Assembly (NCBI GenBank): GCA_002900535.1
Contig: MUGC01000005.1
Location: 1 to 55,446 of the forward strand
From: Thermoplasmata archaeon M9B1D
Lineage (GTDB): Archaea > Thermoplasmatota > E2 > DHVEG-1
DNA length: 55,446 bases
Direction: 5' to 3'
Positions 8,901 through 16,880 of the stretch are shown piece after piece. The notes under the pieces were generated by a model, which worked only from the letters and a program-made list of their open reading frames with translations, made no database searches and had not been told where the DNA came from. Each line of letters opens with the position of its first letter. Within the stretch, counting starts at the first letter, position 1. A program made the translations under genes and the position numbers.

Positions 8901-10401
8901 AATCTGGTGTTTGCCCTATTGCAATTATTAATGTATCACCGTTGATAATCTGAGCATGGTCACTAGAAAACTTAGGTGAAAAATTACCTTTTTTATCATA
9001 AGAACGTTCACAAACTCTTGTTTCAAGACCAGAAACCTTATTATTTTTAATTCTAATATTAGATGGATTTAAAGACTCATAAATAACAACTCCTTCTTCT
9101 TTAGCATGTCTGATTTCCTCTGCTTTAGCTGGCATTTCTTTTTCTAAACCACGGTAGACAATATAGGATTTTTCCGCCCCGAGACGAAGAGCTGTACGGG
9201 CACAATCAATTGCGACATTTCCCCCGCCAATAGTAATTACTTTCTTGCCAAAGTTCTTAGGTTTTTTACCTTGTTTTACATTTTTTAAAAATTGAATACC
9301 GTAAAAAACATTTTCCGCATTTGAGCCATTGATTTTGAGTCTTGTTGAGTTTTGTGATCCTATAGCTAAAAAGACTGCTTTGTATTGTTTCCTAATTTCA
9401 TTTAATGTAATATCTTTACCAATTTTCACGTTTTTCTGAAATTTAATACCATGATCTAATATTCTGTTAATATCATACATAGCAATTTTACTAGGAATGC
9501 GATAATCAGGCATGCAGCTAGTCATCATACCGCCAGGTTTACTTGAGGCTTCAAATATGGAAACAGGGTATCCCATTTCTGTAAGTTTATATGCACATGT
9601 AAGTCCTGAGGGCCCAGCGCCTATTATAGCAATTTTTTCTTTTTTCTTTGGTTTAATAATTTCTGGAGGTTCTTCTCCATTTTTTATAATATAGTCTGTA
9701 ACAAAACGTTTAAGATTTTTTATTGCAATAGGATCATCTATCTTTGAGCGTAAACATTCGTTCTCACAAGGATGATGACATACACGACCACATACCACTG
9801 GAAAAGGATTATTTTCACGAAGTAAATCCAATGCTTCCTTGAATTTTCTTTTACTTATTAACTCTACATATCCTTGAGCGTTAACCTTTGAAGGACAAGC
9901 TGTTCTACATGGAGATTTACCATCGAGTTTATCGATAGTGTAAACATTTGGAATAGCTTGAGGATACATCTTATAGATTGCGTGTCGTTCTGCTAATTGT
10001 TGATCAAATTGTGAATGTATTGATACTGGACAAACCTGTTCGCATTCTCCACAGCCGTTACATTTATTTATATCTACATAGCTTGGTTTTTTTCTAATTT
10101 TAACTTTAAAATTACCCGCAGAGCCAGATATATCTTGTAAATCAGAATAAGTAATCAGTTCGATATTTGGATGTCTCCCGACGTTAACAAGCTTAGGGGA
10201 CATAATACACATTGAGCATTCATTTGTTGGAAATGTTTTATCAAGTTGAGCCATGACTCCTCCGATAGCTGGTTTTTCTTCTAAAAGAAATGTTTTAAAA
10301 CCAGAGTTAGCAAGGTCAAGAGCAGCTTGCATCCCACCAATACCACCGCCAACTACTAAAACAGAGCCGATCTTTTCATGGGATGATGATTTTTTACTCA
10401 T
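5965..10401 (-). CDS. hdrA: giant HdrA-type flavoprotein: HdrA core 1 with a nested NfnB/GltD-like NAD(P)H module, fused to HdrA core 2
   Basis: 1478 aa.
- aa 12-160 are an HdrA FAD core (VVGGGIGGMQAALDLA, DKTFPTNECSMC, CNGCGECEQVCPV).
- aa ~163-620 are GltD/NfnB-like (CRTACP..NPFPVVCGRVCHHPCENEC, IAIIGAGPSGLTCA, ITIGGGNVAIDCARTALRLGA..YRG..EMPA).
- The sequence then returns to HdrA (CLSCSICSECMQCSKVCEAEAI, IQCVGSRD..YCSSVCCIY).
- aa ~920-1478 are a second HdrA unit with the N-terminal Cys domain (RIGVFICRCGINIG), a GGGLAG FAD core and a C-terminal 2x[4Fe-4S] ferredoxin. Confidence 0.85.
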   Translation of the reverse strand: MSKKSSSHEKIGSVLVVGGGIGGMQAALDLANSGFKTFLLEEKPAIGGVMAQLDKTFPTNECSMCIMSPKLVNVGRHPNIELITYSDLQDISGSAGNFKVKIRKKPSYVDINKCNGCGECEQVCPVSIHSQFDQQLAERHAIYKMYPQAIPNVYTIDKLDGKSPCRTACPSKVNAQGYVELISKRKFKEALDLLRENNPFPVVCGRVCHHPCENECLRSKIDDPIAIKNLKRFVTDYIIKNGEEPPEIIKPKKKEKIAIIGAGPSGLTCAYKLTEMGYPVSIFEASSKPGGMMTSCMPDYRIPSKIAMYDINRILDHGIKFQKNVKIGKDITLNEIRKQYKAVFLAIGSQNSTRLKINGSNAENVFYGIQFLKNVKQGKKPKNFGKKVITIGGGNVAIDCARTALRLGAEKSYIVYRGLEKEMPAKAEEIRHAKEEGVVIYESLNPSNIRIKNNKVSGLETRVCERSYDKKGNFSPKFSSDHAQIINGDTLIIAIGQTPDLTGFEKLELTERKTIKADEVTLETNIPGVFAGGDVVFGPASVVEAIGHGIEGAISIDRYIKNQDLRKGRGKKENTIKELRERRKDQPRVQMKKLLVEKRIKDFREIDLGYTEEEAVKEAKRCLSCSICSECMQCSKVCEAEAINHEMNEKILELNVGSIVLATGYDLFDARLRSEYGYERFPNVLNALEFEYMLSASGPYQGRVVRPSDEKEPKKIAWIQCVGSRDNVFGNNYCSSVCCIYAIKQAVMSKEHTPKIEPTIFFIDMRTFSKGFERYYNRAKKDYNVRFIRCRISCINEESKTRDLLIKYETEDGWLKEEKFDMVILSVGITANKKMKEIANKIGVSLNDFGFCNTTEFNPIDTTRNGIFVCGSFSGPKDIPETVTEGSAAAAKAGSIIASKRNTLIEKSAYPKEIDVKNKTPRIGVFICRCGINIGGYVDVSSLVKYAETLSNVVYAQEDLYSCSDDTQIKIIEKIKEKKLNRVVVASCTPRTHESLFQITIQEAGLNPHLFEMANIRDQCSWVHMNNPMAATQKSKDLIRMAVSKALSLEPISTIQLDVIQKALVIGGGLAGMTSALAIADQGFEVFLVEKEKELGGNLKKIFYTLENKDVQAFMKSIIEKVEKHPKIKIYKKAKIDRVEGYVGSYSTTLKNINAKLNVKHGVIIVATGAEEYKPNEYFYGEDKRIMTQLELEKKLVRDHNFNKKTIVMIQCVGSRENQRPYCSRICCNDAIKNALKIKELHPNAEIFILYRDIRTYSFKETYYEKARERGIIFIRYNKEQKPKVRKGKKDLEITVREPIINEIMNIHADYLVLSPAIIPLKDNVKLAKKLKVPLNEDNFFLEAHVKLRPVDFATDGIFLAGLAHSPKSISETLTQSYGAVSRALTIISNNKYYIDIPIASINEDLCSGCGICLTTCPYKAIELTTKLKNGKKIRVFHIIEGACKGCGNCVVACPCDAIDQKGFKREQISSMIHAAVK

Positions 10402-11279
10402 TTTACTAACTCCAATTTTTCAAGTAAAGCATCGGGTTTGATTTTGTTCATATGAAAACCAAGTTTTTCTTGATTTATACCTAGAGCCAGTCCCAAAACC
10501 TGAGGATAATAAAGCACAGGAAGATTATAATTTACACCATACTTTGCCTCTATCTTTTTCTGATTATCTTCGTACATAATTGAACAAAATGGACAAATTG
10601 TCACAAGGGCATCAACTTTATTTGCTGTAACATTGTCAAGTTTAGGTTTTGCCATTGATAGTGCCATGTCTCCCTCGATTCCTAGTAAAGCACCACCGCA
10701 GCAATCAAGCTTATTTTTATAATCTATTACCTCTGCACCTGTTACTGATACGAGCTCCTCAATTGTAGATGGATTTTCCGCATCTTCAAAATAATCATAC
10801 AAACTACTTGGTCTTAGATAATGACACCCATAATGAATTGATAATCTTAATTTACCAAGATCATTCTTTATTTTGTTTTTTATAAAGTTTAAGCCTATAT
10901 CTTCATATAGTACTCGTGCGAAATGTTTGATTTCTACACCTGGTTTATATGTTCTTCCTATTTTTGCAAGTTCTTTGTTTATTTTTTCACGTAGCTTTCT
11001 ATTGCTCGTAAGCTCTTTGTTTGCTCCGGTTAGAACAGAGGTGCATGCACTACATAAAGTACATATTTTTTCATCTCTGTCAGCAGCAACAGCTAAATTT
11101 CGAGCTGCTATTAATAATGATATTTCAGAATTAATAGATCTGATAGGAAAACCACAACAAGAGAAATCCTCGAGGTTATCAAAATGTATTCCCAATGTTT
11201 TTGCAACTGTTCTTGTTGCCATCTCATAGTTTTGCCCACGAATCGGAATTGTACATCCTAGAAATAATGCATATTTCAC
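10398..11279 (-). CDS. hdrB: heterodisulfide reductase subunit B (two CCG domains)
   Basis: 293 aa. Two CCG-type motifs are present (LGC..SCCGFP..CSAC and GCHY..DCCGG..CPFC). There is a 4-nt overlap with hdrA. Confidence 0.85.
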   Translation of the reverse strand: MKYALFLGCTIPIRGQNYEMATRTVAKTLGIHFDNLEDFSCCGFPIRSINSEISLLIAARNLAVAADRDEKICTLCSACTSVLTGANKELTSNRKLREKINKELAKIGRTYKPGVEIKHFARVLYEDIGLNFIKNKIKNDLGKLRLSIHYGCHYLRPSSLYDYFEDAENPSTIEELVSVTGAEVIDYKNKLDCCGGALLGIEGDMALSMAKPKLDNVTANKVDALVTICPFCSIMYEDNQKKIEAKYGVNYNLPVLYYPQVLGLALGINQEKLGFHMNKIKPDALLEKLELVK

Positions 11280-11764
11280 TAAATCTTCTCCTTTATACGC
11301 ATGTTTTTTAATAGTTTTTTTACTTCTTCAAAAATTTTTTTAATTGGAGGTAATCCTAATTTTTCTCGTTTTTTATTATCAAAATCTTCTATAATGTTCA
11401 ATCGGCCAAATGTACTAATTATTCTTGCTTGTCCCCTAAAAAAAGGGTGAATATATCCTTCTTTTACTGCAATGTTTTTTAATGCCATCATAATTTTTGT
11501 TAATTCTACATTCTGCGGGCAACGATCATCACAGGTACAACATGTTGAACAAAGCCATATAAAATCACTTTTTAAAACTCGATCTCTCATACCTAAGAGT
11601 ATCATTCGAATGATTTTACGAGGGTTGTATGTTTCATCAATTTCACGAACAGGACAGCTTGCTGTACAAGTACCACAGGCAAAGCACTTTGTAATATTTA
11701 TTCCACCTGTTTCTGCGGCTACTTCATATTTAAAATTATGATCTAACTCTTTTGAATCAATCAT
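11279..11764 (-). CDS. hdrC: heterodisulfide reductase subunit C (2x[4Fe-4S])
   Basis: 161 aa. Motifs CFACGTCTASCPV and CSTCCTCDDRCPQ are present. It overlaps both neighbours (1 nt and 4 nt). Confidence 0.8.
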   Translation of the reverse strand: MIDSKELDHNFKYEVAAETGGINITKCFACGTCTASCPVREIDETYNPRKIIRMILLGMRDRVLKSDFIWLCSTCCTCDDRCPQNVELTKIMMALKNIAVKEGYIHPFFRGQARIISTFGRLNIIEDFDNKKREKLGLPPIKKIFEEVKKLLKNMRIKEKI

Positions 11765-12837
11765 ACCTTTTCGGCCTCTATTATAGCGTTGGTAAGATCC
11801 TCAGGTTCAACACCTGGACTTTCAATTTTATGTTTATCGTAATAGTTTTCAATTTTGGAAATTAAGATTTTTTCTTTTCGTTTTGTTTTTATTAAACTGT
11901 TTTCTAATCTATCAAGTTCTGATTTTGGAACTAACTGAAAGTCACCTGAAATATCGATATTTTTAATGAAATTATTTTTTACTTCCTGAGCGGTTCGTAT
12001 CAATCCGCCTCTTGCTTTAGAAGTACCATATAAGATTTCTACGCCTTCACGTATTTTAACTCCTTGAGGGATTCTCGGTGTTTTTTTATATAGGAATTTA
12101 TCAGAGGTAAGCCATTGTTCGAGTTCTATCATTTTATTAATTGTTTCAATAGTCAGATTTACTGGTTTTAATTTACCAGTAATCTTCTCATAATTATTGA
12201 TAAGAGAACAAATAATTTCCTTTCTATCTGGTACATTACCAAGTTCACGTTTCATATTTGTTAGATTTTCCTCCATGGATTTATATATTTTACCTCTAAA
12301 TTTCTCATCAGGTACTCTGAGTATTTTACTCATGGTTTGATAATCAAAATCAATTAGAATACCACCAACAAATACCATGCTTTGACCAATATCGCCACCA
12401 CCTTCACCAGCTATCTTTTGTTCTTTTTTTGTTACAATATCATTTTCTGGTCGAAAATGTGCGTCGATCCCAAAATCCTGATAGGTATCACAGACAGGCT
12501 GTGAAAGGTAAGAAAATATATCTTTTATCCTATTTGGAAAACAGGGATTACCATTACGCCATATTAGTTGATAAAAAATCTGATTTTTATCTAAATAAGT
12601 TGCGCCACCACCAACCTCACGTCGCATAACATAGATGCCTCTTTTTTTACAATATTCTAGATCTACTTCTTTTTCTGCATCTTGAAAATATCCTATTGAT
12701 GCCAAAGGCACTTCAGGGGATACTATCACTAGTCCTTCAAAACCCATCCTTGCTAAAGCATGAAATATAATCATGGATTGTTGACCTGGCAAATAATCTA
12801 GATTAAGAAGCTTCATCACTTTCATTAGCCTCCGCAA
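11761..12837 (-). CDS. lplA: lipoate-protein ligase A-like (catalytic plus C-terminal accessory domain)
   Basis: 358 aa. It has a BPL/LplA/LipB-type core (MRREVGGGATYLDKNQIFY, KIAGEGGG) and an LplA C-terminal domain pattern (DISGDFQLVP..LDRLENSL). It is the first gene of the hdr operon. Confidence 0.7.
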   Translation of the reverse strand: MRRLMKVMKLLNLDYLPGQQSMIIFHALARMGFEGLVIVSPEVPLASIGYFQDAEKEVDLEYCKKRGIYVMRREVGGGATYLDKNQIFYQLIWRNGNPCFPNRIKDIFSYLSQPVCDTYQDFGIDAHFRPENDIVTKKEQKIAGEGGGDIGQSMVFVGGILIDFDYQTMSKILRVPDEKFRGKIYKSMEENLTNMKRELGNVPDRKEIICSLINNYEKITGKLKPVNLTIETINKMIELEQWLTSDKFLYKKTPRIPQGVKIREGVEILYGTSKARGGLIRTAQEVKNNFIKNIDISGDFQLVPKSELDRLENSLIKTKRKEKILISKIENYYDKHKIESPGVEPEDLTNAIIEAEKV

Positions 12838-13012
12838 AGCTATATATGGCTACTGTTTATAAGTATAATATTATCATTAAATGTATTAATATTAATCATT
12901 ATAATTCTAAGATATAGTTTTTATAATAAATTGTTTTCGCTCTAATAACTATACAAATTCAATACATATTTATGAAAATAATATTTTTATTGTAAAAAAT
13001 GATAGATATGAA

Positions 13013-13561
13013 CTATATGTCGCCTCGTTCCAATTTACGTTCTTTAACTATATCTAAAGGTTTTGCTCTTACTGTCTCCTGATATCTCAATACTTCGTCT
13101 ACAGCAACTATAGCACATGCAGATACTTCATTTTTTCCAAGTCCCCCAACAATATCATCAGTAAGAGCCAATATTTCTTCTTTTGAAAGACCTGAATTCA
13201 ACGCATTAATTATACATTTTCTCAATTCTTTTCTTGCTAAACTACAGATACCAAAAGATTTTTTAAGTTTATTCTTAATTTTCTCATTTTCTTGTGGAGA
13301 TAACTTACCTGGCTTCACCTTTCCATATTTATCTTCATGTCTTAAAGCCTGACCAATAGCAGTAATTGAACATAGAGACACGTCTTGTTGATCATAATCT
13401 CTTCCTAACTCATTACTAAATAGCAGAATATCTTCTTTAGTCATACCTGCATTCATGGAATCTATCACACTTTTTCTAAGCTGCCTTCTTCCTAAAGCAC
13501 ATTTTTTAAAACTTTCTGTAATATCTTTTCTTATTTTTTCTAGATTCATATAAACAATCAC
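13013..13561 (-). CDS. hypothetical protein with two internal ~85-aa Cys-containing helical repeats (weakly AhpD/CMD-like)
   Basis: 182 aa. The repeat consensus is C-x2-(G/A)-R-x-(Q/E)-LRK-x6-(N/D)-x-G-(L/I/M)-(T/S)-KE(E/D)-IL ... S-x-C-(A/S)-I-x-A-(I/V). It is a paralog of 13700..14248. Confidence 0.6.
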   Translation of the reverse strand: MIVYMNLEKIRKDITESFKKCALGRRQLRKSVIDSMNAGMTKEDILLFSNELGRDYDQQDVSLCSITAIGQALRHEDKYGKVKPGKLSPQENEKIKNKLKKSFGICSLARKELRKCIINALNSGLSKEEILALTDDIVGGLGKNEVSACAIVAVDEVLRYQETVRAKPLDIVKERKLERGDI

Positions 13562-13699
13562 CCTTACTCAAATACCTTTAGCCAAAGTATCTAAATTTAT
13601 ATCTTTATCAAATCTAATTAGGAAATAATATTATCTTAGGATGAAAACAAGATAATCTTTATTTATGTTTCGATATTAAAAGTACAATTTTTTATTGTT

Positions 13700-14248
13700 T
13701 CATTCTGGGAATTCCATATAAGGCGCATACATTTTTACCATCTTTTTTAATTTATCGAAATCTTCATATTTTAAAACTTCGTCGACTGCGATAATGGCAC
13801 AAACCGAGACCTGGTCTTTTCCGAATCCCCCAACTAGATCATCGCATATAGCAAGTAGTTCTTCTTTTGTCAAACCTGAATTTAATGCATTGGCAACGCA
13901 TTTTCTTAGCTGTCTTCTAGCAAGACCACACTTTTTAAAACATTGTCTAAGCTTATTATAAATTTCAACCTTTTTTTGAGATGCAGGAGGTTCCGGTTTT
14001 ATTTTTTTATTTTCTCCTTCATATTTTAAAGCTTGGCCTATAGCTGTTATTGCACATAATGATGCTTCATCCTTGAAACCTTCTTCTTTCAATTTATTAG
14101 AAATAGCTAATATTTCTTCTTTGGTTATTCCCTTATCCATTGCAGAATCTACATATTTTCTTAGTTGGTTTCTTCCAGCAGCACATTTCCTAAAACAAAC
14201 CTCAAGTTTATCTTTTATTTCTCCTTTATTCAATTGGCCTTTCATCAA
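13700..14248 (-). CDS. hypothetical protein, tandem paralog of 13013..13561 (same double repeat), C-terminal YAPYMEFPE tail
   Basis: 182 aa, with the same length and repeat architecture as its neighbour. The C-terminal motif recurs in the degenerate fragment at 20808..20978. Confidence 0.6.
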   Translation of the reverse strand: MMKGQLNKGEIKDKLEVCFRKCAAGRNQLRKYVDSAMDKGITKEEILAISNKLKEEGFKDEASLCAITAIGQALKYEGENKKIKPEPPASQKKVEIYNKLRQCFKKCGLARRQLRKCVANALNSGLTKEELLAICDDLVGGFGKDQVSVCAIIAVDEVLKYEDFDKLKKMVKMYAPYMEFPE

Positions 14249-14372
14249 TTCTAGAATCTACAGTTCACAGATATATTTTTCTGATAATAACAACCAGTAT
14301 TTGAATAAAATCTTCTATATAGACCATATATCGACTTTAACAAAGAAGAGATTGTAAAATTTAAGGATTTTA

Positions 14373-16142
14373 TTAGATCTTTATCATAGGATAATATCTT
14401 GGAGTCCACATTTTAGATTTTATATCTTCAAGTGAATGCTTAGATGTTCCTCGTTCTTTTGCAATTTCTGTAATTGTTGTAAAAGCAATGTTTGCACTAA
14501 TATTTCGAATTTCGTTTATCGAAGGATAAACAGCGCCTTTACTGATTCTTTTATTTGGTGTCATTTCTGCTAATTTATAAGCTACTTCTGTAAAAACCGC
14601 ATCCGGAATATATTTTCCTTTACTAATAATTGCTCCTAATCCTACACCAGGAAAAATAAAAAAATTATTACATTGACCGATGATAATATTATTACCAGCA
14701 TGCTTAAATGACTCAAAAGGTGACCCTGTTGCAACAATGGCCTTTCCTTTTGTTACTTTATATATATCTTGAGGAGTTGCCTCAGAGTTTGACGTTGGAT
14801 TTGATAGTGGAAAAACAATTGGTCTCGAAGAATTATTATTCATTTCTGTAAGAATTTCTTTGGTGAAATGTCCTGGACGTCCAGATGTTCCAATGAGAAC
14901 AGTTGGTTTGAAATTTTTCACAACCTCTAAAAGTGTTATATTAGAAATATTTTCAACATTCCAATTTTTATAAACATTTTTCTTTTTCATGAATGGCTTT
15001 TTATAATCTTCCAATTCATTTTGATCCGTAACCAAACCTTTGCTATCTATTACAGCTATTTTATCATTAGCCTTTTCTTTTGAAATATGATATTTTAATA
15101 CAAGACATGCTGCTATTCGACGTGCGATACCTATTCCTCCAGCACCAGCACCATATATCACAAATTTTTGATCAACTATCTCCTCTTTTGATAATTTCAG
15201 AGCATTAATTATACCTGCAAGAGCCACAGAACCTGTACCTTGAATATCATCATTAAAACTAAGAATTTTATATCTATATTTATCTAAAATGGTAAATGCA
15301 TTCTGACGGCTGAAATCTTCCCATTGAATCAAAATATCAGGAAATTTTTTCCGTATTCCATCAACAAATTTATCAATAAATTCTTCATATTCTATACCTC
15401 TAAGGCGCCCTTTTTTATATCCCAAGTAATAAGAATCTAGTAAATCAGCAGAATTATCAGTTCCAACATCCAAAGTTAGTGGCATCGTCTCCCAAGGTCT
15501 GATACCTGCTCCTAGTACATATAACGCCAGTTTACCTATTGGGATATCAATTCCACCAACGCCTTGATCACCTAATCCAAGTATACCTTGATTATCTGTT
15601 ACTACAGCAATAGTCGGATGTTTAAATCGAAAATGATTAAATATTTTTTCAACAGATTCAATATTTTTTGGAGAAATAAAAATACCTCTGAAACGTGCTG
15701 AATCACGAGAATACCTGATTACTGCATCCCCAACAGTAGGAGTATAGATAATTGGAATTACCTCCTCTAAGTAACTATGACAAAATGCGTAAAAAAGAAT
15801 CTCATTTCTATCATGAAGATCACGTAAAAAATTAAAACGAGCTAAATCTCCTTCCTTTTTTATTGAGTTTTGTTCTAATTTACCAATTTTATCACAATTA
15901 ATACATATTTTCGAAGGGTTTCCTAGAGTATTATATCTCTGATAAACCTTTTCAACCTGTTGTTCAAGAGTAAGAACTCTTGGGGGAAGAAGACCATCTA
16001 AACCAAATCTTTCCCGTTCATCCTCATTAAATGCTGTACCTTTATTCAAAAGTGGAGCACGAATTATATCATTTCCCGTAGCACTGGTCAAAAACATGAT
16101 ATTTTTGTTTTCATCTTCTTTGATATCAAAATATATCGCCAT
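14373..16142 (-). CDS. NAD(P)-dependent malic enzyme (long, eukaryote-like form)
   Basis: 589 aa. The malic enzyme signature FNDDIQGTGSVALAGIINAL and the dinucleotide fold YGAGAGGIGIA are present. Confidence 0.9.
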   Translation of the reverse strand: MAIYFDIKEDENKNIMFLTSATGNDIIRAPLLNKGTAFNEDERERFGLDGLLPPRVLTLEQQVEKVYQRYNTLGNPSKICINCDKIGKLEQNSIKKEGDLARFNFLRDLHDRNEILFYAFCHSYLEEVIPIIYTPTVGDAVIRYSRDSARFRGIFISPKNIESVEKIFNHFRFKHPTIAVVTDNQGILGLGDQGVGGIDIPIGKLALYVLGAGIRPWETMPLTLDVGTDNSADLLDSYYLGYKKGRLRGIEYEEFIDKFVDGIRKKFPDILIQWEDFSRQNAFTILDKYRYKILSFNDDIQGTGSVALAGIINALKLSKEEIVDQKFVIYGAGAGGIGIARRIAACLVLKYHISKEKANDKIAVIDSKGLVTDQNELEDYKKPFMKKKNVYKNWNVENISNITLLEVVKNFKPTVLIGTSGRPGHFTKEILTEMNNNSSRPIVFPLSNPTSNSEATPQDIYKVTKGKAIVATGSPFESFKHAGNNIIIGQCNNFFIFPGVGLGAIISKGKYIPDAVFTEVAYKLAEMTPNKRISKGAVYPSINEIRNISANIAFTTITEIAKERGTSKHSLEDIKSKMWTPRYYPMIKI

Positions 16143-16265
16143 TTTTTCTAATATACCTCCAATGCAACAATTACCAATCGATAAACCTTATAAGTAACTC
16201 TAACTGACAATTCCTCGTAATTTATTAATTTTTCAGTAATTTTTTAAAAAAATTTAAAAAAACAA

Positions 16266-16745
16266 TCATTCGGAATTATATGCTATCAATTCTTTACTTA
16301 GAAGTTTAATATGACTCATTTCTTCCCTTATTATAGCATCAATTTTATCTTTTCCAATATGATCTGAAACTACGTCTTTCATTCCTAAATAAAAAACTAT
16401 AGAATCTTTTTCTGCAGTGATTGCAGATTTCAATATTTCTTTAATTGAACTAAAATCTATTTCTTTTTCATAAAAAATTCTAGTATCAGCAAGAGCTTTT
16501 AGATAGCTAGATGTTTCATCTTCGGGATCAAAACTTGTCATCATTTTTTCATCTTCGGAAAGATTTTTTCTCATTGTTTTAAATATTTGTTCATGATTAT
16601 CTTCCATTTCAGCAAGATTAATTAATAGTCTTTTTTTATCAACATTTGGAATTTTTTGTGCTGCATTTCTATAAAATCTTGCTCCATTTCTTTCGATTTG
16701 TTCAGCGATTTCCAATATTTCATCTATATTAAATTCAAAGCTCAT
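16266..16745 (-). CDS. ferritin-like diiron protein (rubrerythrin family, no rubredoxin domain)
   Basis: 159 aa. It has E..., ExxH, E..., ExxH ligand spacing (IERNG, EMEDNH, AEKDS, EEMSH). Confidence 0.65.
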   Translation of the reverse strand: MSFEFNIDEILEIAEQIERNGARFYRNAAQKIPNVDKKRLLINLAEMEDNHEQIFKTMRKNLSEDEKMMTSFDPEDETSSYLKALADTRIFYEKEIDFSSIKEILKSAITAEKDSIVFYLGMKDVVSDHIGKDKIDAIIREEMSHIKLLSKELIAYNSE

Positions 16746-16880
16746 AACATCTAGTCCTCATTACAATTTAACTGTTATAAAATATTCTTTTTTAAGTTTT
16801 AGTTATTTTAAAAAATATTGTGCAATTATATTAAAATAGCAAAAATAGATTACGATTCACTCACCATATTTAATAGTTGA

